Assembly (NCBI RefSeq): GCF_036365525.1
Contig: NW_027140922.1
Span: forward strand, 62,001-126,000
From: Heterodontus francisci
Taxonomy: Eukaryota
DNA length: 64,000 bases
Direction: 5' to 3'
Position 1 is the first letter of the stretch, and each line of letters starts with the position of its first letter. Under the pieces are notes generated by a model that saw nothing but the letters and a program-made list of their open reading frames with translations, was not told the origin of the DNA and made no database searches. Below are positions 1-12,277 of this stretch, piece by piece. Made by a program: the position numbers and the translations under genes.

Positions 1-607
1 CGAATAGCCTGAATCCATGCTGCATCTTCTATCTAATTCGATGTCACCAGCGTCACCAGCCGAAGCAATGGATAAAAAATGGGAAGACGGAGCAATTTCA
101 AAGCATGTCTTCATAATGCCTATTTTATCAATTGCACTTTGCAAATCTCAGGTACCTGTAGTTACACATGACAGCCACGAGGTGGGGATGGAGCTCCACC
201 GCAGCCTGAGTCCAACTTGCTTCTGTCAAGACTGACTGAGCAATGCAGCAGTGACTTGACCCATCTACCTAATAGTCAATTCCACTAACTCTGAAACAGA
301 TTAAAATCATAACCATTCCACACAAAATAGACAACTGGATTTCCCCAAGTCTGCTCGTTCATAGTCACTGGTTTGACCAACACTTGTGATATACAAAAAC
401 AGATGATCTGAAGGAAGTAAAGAGGGGAAGCAAAGTGAGAAAACAGTGAAAGAAAAATGAAGAAGGAGACATTTTATATAAAAACACATATTCAGGGATG
501 CGCACATCACTGACAAGGCAAGAATTCATTACCTATGCTGAATTTCCCTTAACTGAATGACTTGCTAGTCCATTTCAGAGGCAGTTAACAGTGAACTACA
601 TTGCTAT

Positions 608-1115
608 CAGGTGATGCATTTTGGCAGAAGGGAGACAGAGAGGAAATACTGACTTAATGACACAGGCCTGAAGAGTGTTCAAGGACAGAGGGACCTGGGG
701 CTTAATGTGCATAGATCTTTGAAGTTGGCAGGACATATTGAGAGAGAGGTTCGCAAAGCGTATGGGATCTTGGGATTCATGAATAGAGGTATAAAGTACA
801 AAAGCAGGGAGGGTATGCTCAACATATATGAGGTTCTGGTTGGGCCCCAACTTGTGTACTGAGCCCGGTTCTGGTCACCACACTTGAGGAAGGATGTAGG
901 GTCCTTGAGAGGGTGCAGAGGAGATTTACTGGAATGGTTCCAGGGATGAGAGAGTTTAGCTGCATGGTTAGGTTGGTGAAGCTGGGGTTGTTCTCCTTGG
1001 AGCAAAGGAGATTGAGGGGAGATTTGATAGAAGTGTACAAAATGAAGAGAGGTTTAGATAAAGTAGACAAAGAAAAACTGTTCCCATTAGCTGATTGTAC
1101 AAAGACTAGGGGACG
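608..1115 (+). mobile_element. CR1-type LINE fragment (RT C-terminal region)
   Basis: ORF 913-1125 QRRFTGMVPGMREFS..RLVKLGLFSLEQRRLRGDLIEVYK is typical CR1 ORF2 C-terminus; degenerate. Confidence 0.85.
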
Positions 1116-1239
1116 AAGTGGATAGGAATAAAACAGAGAATAAAAGCTGCGATAAACTGAAATCTGGTAGGGAATTCACGAGAATTCTTTACCCAAAATA
1201 CAGAATTCACTGTCAGCAGAAACTGCTGAGACAAAGACA

Positions 1240-1570
1240 GGGAAAGGAAGAGGCCATTCAGCCCCTCAAATCTGTACCACCATTCAATGAGATCATGGCT
1301 GATCTGTGATCTAACTCCATATTCCCGCCTTTGCCCCATATCCCTGAATATATTTTGGATCACAAAAACCTATTCATCTCCGATTTCAAATTAACAATTG
1401 ATTCAGCATCAATTTCTGTGAGCAGAAGAGAGTTCAAACCTCTCCACCCATTGTGTGTAAAAGTGTTTCCTAATTTCACTCCTGAAAAGTCTGGCTCTAA
1501 TTTTTAGTCTAGGCCTCTTAGTCCTAGATTCCCAAACCAGCGGAAATAGTTTCTCTCTATCTACTCCCAA
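1240..1570 (-). mobile_element. CR1-type LINE 3' fragment abutting the truncated V-0
   Basis: gaggccattcagcccctc..cattcaatgagatcatggctgatctg is the reverse complement of the CR1 3' end seen many times in the window. Confidence 0.65.
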
Positions 1571-1654
1571 AGACTAAATAAATACGACTTCAAACTGGAG
1601 ACCTCCAGCCTGCGGGAGAATCACTCGGCCGTGTATTTCTGTGCCTGGAGAGAT
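1571..1654 (+). pseudogene. TRBV: V-0: 5'-truncated TRBV family-1 relic (FR3 only)
   Basis: Reads RLNKYDFKLETSSLRENHSAVYFCAWRD; no leader/FR1/FR2; directly preceded by LINE DNA. Confidence 0.9.
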
Positions 1655-1693
1655 CACAGTGACTCAGAGAGATGGAGCAGTTCAACAAAAACA
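1655..1693 (+). other. 23-RSS of V-0
   Basis: CACAGTG (1655-1661) + 23 bp + ACAAAAACA (1685-1693). Confidence 0.92.
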
Positions 1694-1952
1694 TCAAAGG
1701 CAGCAGGAAACACCTGTTTCAGATAAAATTGCTCGGTACCTTGACCTACCGTTCCCTTATGCAGAGTGACAGTGTTTATAGCAATAAAAAGAGTTGAGTT
1801 ATGATTGTAGTGACACACTAGATTTACAGGTACTGCTGAGGGTGCAGAGAACGATTAATAAGGATGTCACGAGATTTCAGAATGTAACTATCAGGAATCA
1901 ATGACAATAATCTGGGTATTCATACACTGACCCTGTGTTGACCTTCTCCACA

Positions 1953-1970
1953 GGGACAGCAGAGGGGGAT
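1953..1970 (+). promoter_or_regulatory. CTCF-like element downstream of V-0 (degenerate)
   Basis: GGGACAGCAGAGGGGGAT; homologous block recurs after every family-1 V. Confidence 0.35.
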
Positions 1971-2574
1971 CCAGGACCATAGACCGGACAATGGCTTTGA
2001 GAAGGATTTAATGAGAAAACTAATAGAGCAGGAGATCATGCAGATCCAGCTTGATATACATCAACAGGACAAGGACACCCACTCCTTTAGAGAGAGAAAG
2101 AGAGTGTATGTGTGTGAAAGAGAGAGCGAGATCCAGTGAGAGAGAGGAAAAACGACAGGTAGAGTTAAAGAGACTGAGACAGAGAGGGAGACAGAGATAG
2201 AGGCAAAGACAGTGAGACAGCAAGAGACACATAATGAGAGAGAGAGAGAGACACTGAGAGAGAGACGGAGGGAAAGAGAGACTGAGCTAAAGAGCCTGCG
2301 ACAGATAGGAAGATAGATCAAGAGAGAGACAGAGACAGGGAAATAAACTGAAGAGATAACAAGAGTAAGAGAGAGGGAGAGTCAGAGAGAAGGAGGGAAT
2401 GGGAGACATAACCTTAGATACATGAGGGGAGAGAGAGAGAGAGACAGAGAGAGAGTGCAAGAGAGCGGAAGGTAAACTGAGATAGAGATAGATAGAGAGA
2501 GAGAGAGAGAAGCAGAATGACAGCCAATTCAATTCTGATTTGTTGAACTGGGTGAATGGGCGTCTCCAACATTG

Positions 2575-2625
2575 TATCACATCCTAATGCTCTTCATGTT
2601 CCTCCCAATGATTTGTAAAGAGTGG
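2575..2625 (+). promoter_or_regulatory. Family-1 V promoter block (ETS + CCAAT + TGATTTGTAA); copies at ~5635, ~7590, ~9383, ~11677
   Basis: ~50-bp block atcac(a/t)tcctaatgctct..gttcctcccaatgatttgtaaagagt conserved ~75 bp upstream of all five family-1 leader ATGs. Confidence 0.7.
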
Positions 2626-2699
2626 ATTTGGACCCTTACAAGACTCTAAGCTCCTGATCTCACTCCTGTGTCTATTAAGAGAACAGGTTATAGTGAAAG

Positions 2700-3155
2700 A
2701 TGTATCAGTTACTGGGTCTGATAATCCTGTTTCATTGTAAGTGAGTGTGAAATGCAAAAACTATCGTTAATAACTTTCCTCTCTTCTCCCTGTCTCCCTT
2801 TCATTCCCAGAAGTTTCCTGTTTACTGATCTGCTCTTCTCTCCATCTCTCTCCCAGATGTGAACTCACAGACTATCCACCAGACTCCCGCCGCTGTCTCC
2901 AGATTGCGTGGAGAGGCAGTGGAACTGAGGTGCACTGTGGAGGGGATCAGCAGTACCATCTCCATGTACTGGTACAGACAAGAGCCGGGGAAGGAGCCGC
3001 TGTTGATGTTTTACTCCACTACTGCTAACTATGTGGATCCAGAGGGGATGGTGGGCGGTTTCACCGCCGAGAGACCAACTGACTCCCAGTTCAACCTGGA
3101 GTCCTCCAGCCTGCGGGAGAATCACTCGGCCGTGTATTTCTGTGACTGGAGTCCT
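2700..3155 (+). CDS. TRBV: V-1: TCR beta V segment, family 1 (leader 2700-2736, V exon 2857-3155), potentially functional
   Basis: Leader MYQLLGLIILFH, GT at 2737, AG at 2855-2856; spliced ..YVNSQTIHQTP..C23..WYRQ..YFCDWSP, open frame. Confidence 0.92.
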
Positions 3156-3194
3156 CACAGTGACTCAGAGAGATGGAGCAGTTCAACAAAAACC
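3156..3194 (+). other. 23-RSS of V-1 (consensus)
   Basis: CACAGTG + 23 bp + ACAAAAACC. Confidence 0.95.
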
Positions 3195-4320
3195 CCAAAG
3201 GCAACAGGAAACACATGTTTCAGATAAACCCAGACGGTGCTGCATCCTGCTGGATGCTTTTGTCATTGGGAACATGTTTTTCACAAGAAGACAGGGCGGA
3301 TTTAAAGAGAAAGAGATTAGATTTAGAGACAGTGGAAAATTGCGAGATAGAATTTCGAGGAATGAAACCGATATTGAGAAGTTATAGCGATCAAAGTAGT
3401 CTGAACCAGAGAAGAGAAGACTGAAGGATAAACCTTTAGTGTTCTTAGAGAGATTCTGAAAGGGTTTAATGNNNNNNNNNNNNNNNNNNNNNNNNNNNNN
3501 NNNNNNNNNNNNNNNNNNNNNNNNNNNNNNNNNNNNNNNNNNNNNNNNNNNNNNNNNNNNNNNNNNNNNNNNNNNNNNNNNNNNNNNNNNNNNNNNNNNN
3601 NNNNNNNNNNNNNNNNNNNNNNNNNNNNNNNNNNNNNNNNNNNNNNNNNNNNNNNNNNNNNNNNNNNNNNNNNNNNNNNNNNNNNNNNNNNNNNNNNNNN
3701 NNNNNNNNNNNNNNNNNNNNNNNNNNNNNNNNNNNNNNNNNNNNNNNNNNNNNNNNNNNNNNNNNNNNNNNNNNNNNNNNNNNNNNNNNNNNNNNNNNNN
3801 NNNNNNNNNNNNNNNNNNNNNNNNNNAGATAGATAGGTAGNNNNNNNNNNNNNNNNNNNNNNNNNNNNNNNNNNNNNNNNNNNNNNNNNNNNNNNNNNNN
3901 NNNNNNNNNNNNNNNNNNNNNNNNNNNNNNNNNNNNNNNNNNNNNNNNNNNNNNNNNNNNNNNNNNNNNNNNNNNNNNNNNNNNNNNNNNNNNNNNNNNN
4001 NNNNNNNNNNNNNNNNNNNNNNNNNNNNNNNNNNNNNNNNNNNNNNNNNNNNNNNNNNNNNNNNNNNNNNNNNNNNNNNNNNNNNNNNNNNNNNNNNNNN
4101 NNNNNNNNNNNNNNNNNNNNNNNNNNNNNNNNNNNNNNNNNNNNNNNNNNNNNNNNNNNNNNNNNNNNNNNNNNNNNNNNNNNNNNNNNNNNNNNNNNNN
4201 NNNNNNNNNNNNNNNNNNNNNNNNNNNNNNAGGTAGATCGATCGGAAGAGAGATAGATAGGTAAATAGATATACAGACACTGTTGTGGTTTATTCACTGA
4301 CAGTGTTGTCTTTCTCCAAA

Positions 4321-4339
4321 GGGACAGCAGAGGGCGGTG
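4321..4339 (+). promoter_or_regulatory. CTCF-like element downstream of V-1
   Basis: GGGACAGCAGAGGGCGGTG versus consensus TGGCCASYAGRKGGCRSY. Confidence 0.55.
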
Positions 4340-4529
4340 TAGGACCGTGATAAGTATCAGATTATTGATGATGTTTCAATAGGGACTTTGAAACTTGTCT
4401 ATGAACCGCTCCTGATAATTAAATAACTACATCCCTGTTACAGACTGGTGAACTGAACACAAGGTACCGCAGATGCTGGATGGTTTAGGTTCTGGGCGCT
4501 AAGTCACTATATTGGTGCTCGTTGCATTT

Positions 4530-5050
4530 CTGTGTTATAAATAAATAAGGATGGAAATGTTAATCAGATCAGACAGCCTCTGTGGAGGGAGAAAAACATT
4601 AGCATATCAGGTCGTAGATCTTTCAACAGAACTAGAAGGATTTAGAGATCTATTAACTTTTAAGCAGCACAAAGTCAGAGAGACGGGCAATGGGAGAAAA
4701 GCAAAAGAGATTGAATAACAAAACTGAGGCTGGTGCAAGACAAAGGGGAAGTTAATGGGTCAAGTAAAGAACAAAAGATGGGTCTAGAAGAGGCAGAACT
4801 GGCAGAAACACAATCATTACCAACAAGCCTCTGTCCAAATAAACCGGAGCATTGGTTATGATCAGAAATGGTTAAACTCGCAGTTGAGTTCAGAAACCTG
4901 TAAAGTGTCCAATTGAAAGATGAGGTGCTGTTCTTCGAGTTTCTGTTGAGCTTCATTGGAGCAGAGAAGGAGTTCGAGGAAAGAGAGGTCATGGTGGGAG
5001 TGGGAATGAGAATTAAAAGTGTCCACTAACCGGAATCTCAGGGTCACACT
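4530..5050 (-). mobile_element. Penelope-like element relic (GIY-YIG endonuclease C-terminus); duplicate at ~10590-11100
   Basis: ORF 4862-5047 LLLCSNEAQQKLEEQHLIFQLDTLQVSELNCEFN resembles Penelope endonuclease C-terminus. Confidence 0.65.
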
Positions 5051-5758
5051 TGCAGCCTGAATGCAGGATGTTCCACAATGCTGTCACCCTGTTGCTGTAT
5101 TTGGTCTCTGCAACTAGTCCCACTCCCCCTGCCCTTTCTACATAACACTGCACATTTTCCCTTCAGATAATTATCCAAATTTCCTTTTGAAAGCCACGAT
5201 TGAACCTGCCTCCCCCGCACTCTCAGGTAGTGCATTCCAGATCCTCACCACTCACTGCGTCAAAACGTTTCCTCAGTTCACCTTTGGATCTTTTGCCAAT
5301 TACCTTCAATAAGTGCCCTCTGGTTACCAATACATCAGCCCATGAAACACAGAGACAGAGAGGGTGAATCAGGGAGACATAGAGAGGAAAAACTCAACAT
5401 AAATGAACGGGACAGAGGGAGACAGAGAGAGAAAAATACACACACACACACACACAGATACAGTGAGAAAGAGATTGAAAGAGTGGGAAACATAAAGCTC
5501 GATACATGCAGAGAGAGAGAGAGTGAGGAACAAAGAGTAAGAAAGACAGAGGAAGGCGGATTGAGATAGATAGAGAGAGAGACATTGACAACCTACTCCA
5601 CTCTAACTTGTTGACGTGGGTGTCACCATCTCTGCATCACTTCCTAATGCTCTTCCTGTTCCTCCCAATGATTTGTAAAGAGTGGGTTGGTTATTGACAA
5701 CACTCATCACTCCTGCTCTCTCCCCTTTGCAGATTCAGAAGGCAGCTTAAAGGAAAAG

Positions 5759-6234
5759 ATGTATCTGTTACTGACTCTGATCAACCTGTTTCACCGTAAG
5801 GGATTTTATTGAAACAATAATTATACTTAACATTTCTTTCGTTTTATTTTTCTTTGATTTTCTCTCTCTCTCTCCTCTTTCTCCCCACTGGACTGAATGT
5901 CACTGTTTACTGATCTCCTACTCTCCCTGTCTCTTTCCCAGATGTGAACTCACAGACTATCCACCAGACTCCCGCCGCTCTCTACAAATTTCCTGGGGAG
6001 CAGGTGAAGCTGAAATGCACCGTGGAAGGTACCAGTGACCCTTACATGTACTGGTACAGACAATACCCGGGGAAGGAGCCGCAGTTTATGTTTTACTCCA
6101 CGGGTGCCAATCTCGTATCTCCAGAAGAGGTGGATGGTTTTACCGCCGAGAGACCAAGTAACTCCGAGTTCAACCTGGAGTCCTCCAGCCTGCGGGAAAA
6201 TCACTCGGCCGTGTATTTCTGTGCCTGGAGTCTT
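5759..6234 (+). CDS. TRBV: V-2: TRBV family 1 (leader 5759-5795, V exon 5942-6234); open frame but defective RSS
   Basis: Leader MYLLLTLINLFH, GT 5796, AG 5940-5941; SQTIHQTP..CTVEGTSDPYMYWYRQ..YFCAWSL. Confidence 0.9.
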
Positions 6235-6271
6235 CACCGTGACTCAGAGAGATGGCAGTTCAACAAAAACC
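6235..6271 (+). other. Non-canonical RSS of V-2 (CACCGTG, 21-bp spacer)
   Basis: CACCGTG 6235-6241; spacer 6242-6262 is 2 bp shorter than paralogs; ACAAAAACC 6263-6271. Confidence 0.9.
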
Positions 6272-6571
6272 CCAAAGGCAGCAGGAAACACCTGTGGAGG
6301 ATAAAGGTGCTCGGCGCTGCCTCTTGTTTTTTGTGCAGGGCGATTGTTTTTGTGACGATAAGAAGACAAGTGAGAATAACAGTGAGATAATAAATGTCCA
6401 GGCACTGACGAAGAGACAATGAACGGACCTCATCTGTGCGGTAAAACTTTCGATCTCTCTCTGAATGATTAACAAGGATAACACCAGATCTGAGGTTGTA
6501 ACTATCAGGAAAGATCAACAATAAAACTACTTGAGTTCTTCTGCACTGACACTGAGTTTTCTTCCTCTATA

Positions 6572-6590
6572 GGGTTAACAGAGGGCGCTC
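6572..6590 (+). promoter_or_regulatory. CTCF-like element downstream of V-2 (second degenerate copy at 7350-7368)
   Basis: GGGTTAACAGAGGGCGCTC; 7350 copy GGGACAGCTGAGGACGCTC. Confidence 0.45.
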
Positions 6591-6717
6591 CAGGACCATT
6601 AATACACAATGGACGAGAAAACATTTAATCGGAAAACAGAAAGAGGCAGAGGTCATGCAGCCCTCGAGCTTCATACACAGTGACAGGAGAAGGACATTCA
6701 TCACCTTAAAGAGGGAT

Positions 6718-6749
<32 letters not shown>

Positions 6750-7713
6750 CGAGAGAGACAAAGAGAGGGAGACAGAGTGTGTGAGAGAGGGTGAGAACAA
6801 GATTGAGAGGAAAACTGACAGAGACAAAGGGACTGAGAGAGAGAGAGAGACTGAGCGTGTGAGAGAGGGTGAGAACGAGATTGAGAGGAAAACTGACAGA
6901 GACAGAGAGACTGAGAGAGAAAGATTGAGAGAGAGAGAGTGAGACAAAGAGAGTGAGACAGAGAGACGGAGACTGAGAGGAGGAGAGAGAGGAGAAGGAG
7001 GAGGACCGAGAGGGGGGCCAAGAAAGAACCAGAGAGAAAACAAAAAAAAAACACAGAGGAAGAGACTGAAACAGATTGGGAAACAGACACACACATACAC
7101 ACACACTCACAAAGACTGAGACAGGGACAGAAAGACAGAGAGCAGTAAAACAGAGCGGGACAGTGATCTAAAGACAGAGCGAGTGAAAAACACACGCACA
7201 CACATGCACTGCTATGTATCCGTGTCCATTCATCTTCCAGCTCATTGAATAAGAATATCCCGTGATCTCAGGAAAGTAACTGTCAGGAAAGAATAACAAT
7301 AAAAGGACTGGGGCTGTTATAGACTGACACTGTGTATATTTTCACTATGGGGACAGCTGAGGACGCTCGCGGACCATGTGATGCACAATGGCTTTGAGAA
7401 GGAGTTCATAGGATAAATCATACAGTGGGAGATCATACAGTCCTCCAGGTTGATATACATGACCAGGAGAAGGACAATCACCTCCTTAGAGAGAGAGAGA
7501 AAGAAAGAGAGAGAGACTGAGAGAGAAACTGGGACATTGACAACTCGATTCTCATTTGTTGATGTGGGAAATGAACATCACCATCTCTGCATCACTTCCT
7601 AATGCTCTCCCTGTTCCTCCCAATGATTTGTAAAGAGTGGGTTGGTTATTAACAACACTCATCACTCCTGCTCTCTCCCCTTTGCTGATTCAGAGGGCAG
7701 CTGAAAGTAAAAG

Positions 7714-8174
7714 ATGTGTCTGTTACTGGCTCTGATCACCCTGTTTCACCGTAAGGCATTTTATTGAAACAATAATTCTACTTAACATTTCTTTAGGTTT
7801 TGTTTTTACTTCTTTCTCTCTCCCACTTTACTGAAATTCCCTGTTTACTGATCTCCTCCTCTCCCTGTCTCTTTCCCAGCTGTGAACTCACAGACTGTCC
7901 ACCAACTCCCGCCGTTGTCTCCAAATTTCCTGGGGAGCAGATGAAGCTGAAATGCACCGTGGATGGCACCAGTAACCCTTACATGTACTGGTACAGACAA
8001 TACCCGGGGACGGAGCCGCAGCTGATGATTTACTCCCTAACTGTACAAAGGGTGAACTCAGAGGGGACACTGGATGGTTTCACCGCCGAGAGACCGACTG
8101 ACTCCGAGTTCAAACTGGACTCCTCCGGCCTGCGGGAGAATCACTCGGCCGTGTATTTCTGTACCTTGAGTCTT
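7714..8174 (+). pseudogene. TRBV: V-3: TRBV family 1 pseudogene (leader 7714-7750, V exon 7880-8174), 1-bp FR1 deletion
   Basis: caccaactccc instead of caccagactccc at ~7904 shifts frame to TGA at 7942-7944; ends YFCTLSL. Confidence 0.9.
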
Positions 8175-8213
8175 CACAGTAATTCAGAAAGGTGGAGCAG
8201 TTCAACAAAAACC
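8175..8213 (+). other. 23-RSS of V-3
   Basis: CACAGTA + 23 bp + ACAAAAACC. Confidence 0.9.
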
Positions 8214-9507
8214 CCAAAGGCAGCAGGAAACACCTGTGGGGGGTAAAACCGTTCGGTGCCTCGACCTCCTGTTCCCTTATGCAGAGTGAAAGTATTACAA
8301 TAAAAAGTGTTGAGCGATGATTGTAGTGACACACTAGATTTACAGGTACTGCGATTAATAAAGGTGTCACGAGATCTCAGAATGTAATTATCAGGAATCA
8401 ATGACAATAATCTGGGTTTTTATGCACTGACACAGTGTTTACCTTCTCCACAGGGACAGCAGAGGTGGATCCAGGCCCATGGAACTGACAATGGCTTTGA
8501 GAAGGATTTAGTGACAACACTGAAAGAGCAGGAGATCATGCAGATCCAGCTTGATACACATGAACAGGACAAGGACACCATTTTGTTAGAGAGAGTAAGA
8601 GTGTGTGTATGTGTGACAGAGAGATCTAGTGAGAGAGAGGAAAAACGACAGATAGAATTGAAGAGACTGAGACAGAGAGGGAGACAGAGATAGAGACAAA
8701 GACAGCGAGGCAGCAAGAGAGACATAATGAGAGTGAGAGAGAAAGGGACTGAGAGAGAAGGAGAGAAAGAGAGACTGAGATAAAGAGCCTGAGACAGATA
8801 GGGAGGCAGAGCTAGAGAGAGACAGAGAAAGAACTAATGAGACAGTAAGAGTGAGAGAGAGGGAGAGTCAGAGAGAAGGAGAGAGTGGGAGACATAACCC
8901 CAGACACATGAGGAGAGAGCGAGACAGAAAGAGAGAGAGCAAGAGNNNNNNNNNNNNNNNNNNNNNNNNNNNNNNNNNNNNNNNNNNNNNNNNNNNNNNN
9001 NNNNNNNNNNNNNNNNNNNNNNNNNNNNNNNNNNNNNNNNNNNNNNNNNNNNNNNNNNNNNNNNNNNNNNNNNNNNNNNNNNNNNNNNNNNNNNNNNNNN
9101 NNNNNNNNNNNNNNNNNNNNNNNNNNNNNNNNNNNNNNNNNNNNNNNNNNNNNNNNNNNNNNNNNNNNNNNNNNNNNNNNNNNNNNNNNNNNNNNNNNNN
9201 NNNNNNNNNNNNNNNNNNNNNNNNNNNNNNNNNNNNNNNNNNNNNNNNNNNNNNNNNNNNNNNNNNNNNNNNNNNNNNNNNNNNNNNNNNNNNNNNNNNN
9301 NNNNNNNNNNNNNNNNNNNNNNNNNNNNNNNNNNNNNNAATTCTGATTTGTTGAACTGGGTGAATGGGCGTCTCCAACATTGTATCACTTCCTAATGCTC
9401 TTCATGTTCCTCCCCATGATTTGTAAAGAGTCTATTTGGACCCTCACAAGACTCTCGGCTCCGGCTTTCACTCCTGTGTCCATTAAGAGAACATGTTGTA
9501 GTGAAAG

Positions 9508-9971
9508 ATGTGTCAGTTACTGGGTCTGATAATCCTGTTTCTTTGTAAGTGAGTGTGAAATACAAAGATTATCGTTAATAACTTTCCTCTCCTCTCCCTG
9601 TCTTCCTTTCATTCCCAGAAATTCCCTGTTTACTGATCTCCTCCTCTCTCCATCTCTCTCCCAGATGTGAACTCACAGACCATCCACCAGATTCCCGCCA
9701 CTGTCTCCAGATTTCCCGCGAAAGGAGTGGGACTGATGTGCACTGTGAAGTAGCATCTCCATGTACTGGTAGCATCTCCATGTAATGGTACAGACAATAC
9801 CCGGGGAAGGAGCCGCTGTTGATGTTTTACTCCAGTACTGCTAACTATGTGGATCCAGAGGGGACGGTGGACGGTTTTACCGCAGAGAAACTGAATAAGT
9901 ACGAGTTCAAACTGGAGTCCTCCAGCCTGCGGGAGAATCACTCGGCTGTGTATTTCTGTGCCTGGAGTCTT
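9508..9971 (+). pseudogene. TRBV: V-4: TRBV family 1 pseudogene (leader 9508-9544, V exon 9665-9971)
   Basis: In-frame TAG at 9751-9753 after C23; CDR1 deletion plus 19-bp tandem duplication 9750-9787; 3' half MFYSSTANYVDPEG..YFCAWSL. Confidence 0.92.
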
Positions 9972-10004
9972 CACAGTGAGAGATGGAGCAGTTCAACAAA
10001 AGCG
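9972..10004 (+). other. Defective RSS of V-4 (17-bp spacer)
   Basis: CACAGTG 9972-9978, 17-bp spacer (6-bp deletion), ACAAAAGCG 9996-10004. Confidence 0.88.
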
Positions 10005-10382
10005 CCAAAGGCAGCAGGAAACACCTGTTTCAGATAAAACCAGGCGGTGCTGCGTCCTGTTTGGTGTTTTTGGCATTGGAAAAGTGTTTTTCACAAGAAG
10101 ACAGGGCGGATTTAAACAGAAGGTGAGAGGTTAGATACAGAAGCACAGGGGAAGTGTGAAATGGACTTTCCAGGAATGATATCAGAACAAAGATAGTTTG
10201 AACATCTTTGCTCCAGAGAGGAGAAGACTGAAGGGTGAAAATTCAGAGTTCTTAGAAAGATTATGAAAGGGTTTAATGTGTGAAGTGAAGATCAGATAGG
10301 TAGGTAGATTGGTCGATAGATAGCTGGTAGGCAGACAGACACTGTTGTGTTTTATTCACTGACAGTGTTGTCTTTCTCCAAA

Positions 10383-10401
10383 GGGACAGCAGAGGGCGGT
10401 G
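10383..10401 (+). promoter_or_regulatory. CTCF-like element downstream of V-4
   Basis: GGGACAGCAGAGGGCGGTG, identical to the 4321 copy. Confidence 0.55.
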
Positions 10402-11800
10402 TCGGACCGTGAAAAGGATCAGATTATTGATGATGTTTCAACAGGGACTTTGAAACTTCTCTATGAACCTCTCCTGATAATTATAGAAATACATCCCGGT
10501 TACAGTCTGGTGAACTGAACACAAGGAACCGCAGATGCTGGATGGTTTAGGTTCTGGGTGCTCTGTCACTATATTGGTGCTCATTGCGTTTCTGGTTTAC
10601 AAATAAATAAGGATGGAAATACTAATCAGGTCAGACAGCCTCTGTGGAGGAGGAAAAATTAACATATCAGGTCATTCAGCAGAACTGGAAGGATTTAGAG
10701 GTCTATCAACTTTTAAGCAGCACAAAGCCAGGGAGAGGGAGAATGGGAGGAATGCAGGAGAGATTTAATAACAAAACTGAGGCTGGTGCAAGACAAAGGG
10801 GATGTTAATTGGTCAAGTAAAGAACAAAAGATGGGTCTAGAGGAGGTGGAAATAGCAGAAACACAATTATTACCAACAAACCTCTGTCCAAATAAACCGG
10901 AGCAGTGGTTATGATCAGAAATTGTTAAACTCACTGTTGAGTTCAGAAAGCTGTCAAGTGTCCAATTGAAAGATTAGGTGCTGTTCTTCGAGTTTCTGTT
11001 GAGCTTCATTGGAGCAGAGAAGGATTTCGAGGACAGAGAGGTCAGGGTGGGAGTGGGAATGAGAATTAAAACTGTCCACTAACCGGGACCTCAGGGTCAC
11101 ACTTGCAGCCCGAATGCAGGGTGTTCCACAATGCTGTCACCCTGTCGCTGTATTTGGTCTCTGCAGCTAGTCCCACTCCTCCTGCCCTTTCGACGTAACA
11201 CTGCACATTTTCCCTTCAGATAATTATCAAATTTCCTTTTGAAAGCCACGATTGAATCTGCCTCCCCCGCACTCTCACGTAGTGCATTCCAGATCCTCAC
11301 CACTCACTGCGTCAAAACGTTTCCTCAGTTCACCTTTGGATCTTTTGCCAATTACCTTCAATAAGTGCCCTCTATTTCTCAATACATCAGCCCATGAAAC
11401 ACAGAGGCAGAGAGGGTGAATCAGGGAGACATAGAGAGGAAAAACTCAACGTAAATGAACAGGACAGAGGGAGACAGAGAGAGAAAAATACACACACACA
11501 CAGATATAGAGAGAAAAAGATTGAAAGAGTGGGAGACATAAAGCTCGATACATGCAGAGAGAGAGAGAGTGAGGAACAAAGAGTAAGAAAGAGAGAGGAA
11601 GGCGGATTGAGATAGAGAGAGAGACATTGACAACCTACTCCACTCTGACATGTTTACCTGGGCGTCACCATCTGTGCATCACTTCCTAATGCTCTTCCTG
11701 TTCGTCCCAATGATTTGTAAAGAGTGGGTTGGCTATTGACAACACTCATCACTCCATCTCTCTCCCCTTTGCTGATTCAGAGGGCAGCTTAAAGTAAAAG

Positions 11801-12277
11801 ATGTATCTGTTACTGACTCTGATCACCCTGTTTCACCGTAAGGCATTTTATTGAAACAATAATTCTCCTTAACATTTCTTTCATTTTATTTTTCTTTGAT
11901 TTTCTCTCTCTCTCCTCTTTCTCCCCACTGGACTGAATGTCGCTATTTATTGATCTCCTCCTCTCCCTGTCTCTTTCCTAGATGTGAACTCACAGACTAT
12001 CCACCAGACTCCCGCCGCTGTCTCCAAATTTTCTGGTGAGCAGGTGAAGCTGAAATGCACCGTGCAGGGCACAAGTAACCCTGACATGTTTTGGTACAGA
12101 CAATACCCGGGGAAGAAGCCGCAGCTGATGTTTTACTCCCGAAGTGTACAAAGCATGAACTCAGAGGGGACGGTGGAGGGTTTCACCGCCGAGAGACCGA
12201 GTAACTCCGAGTTCCACCTCGAGTCCTCCAGCCTGCGGGAGAATCACTCGGCAGTGTATTTCTGTGCCTGGAGTCTT
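11801..12277 (+). CDS. TRBV: V-5: TRBV family 1 (leader 11801-11837, V exon 11982-12277), potentially functional
   Basis: Leader MYLLLTLITLFH, GT/AG intact; SQTIHQTP..CTVQGTSNPDMFWYRQ..YFCAWSL open. Confidence 0.93.

Noticed and set aside
1950-2090. Family-1 downstream block read as a coding exon (GQQR..DNGFEKDL..EQEIMQIQLD)
   Set aside because: Open in two copies only; other copies have an immediate stop or lack the CAG acceptor, while the CTCF-like core persists (not fully excluded)
3183-4297. Long ORFs containing X runs
   Set aside because: They span assembly N gaps
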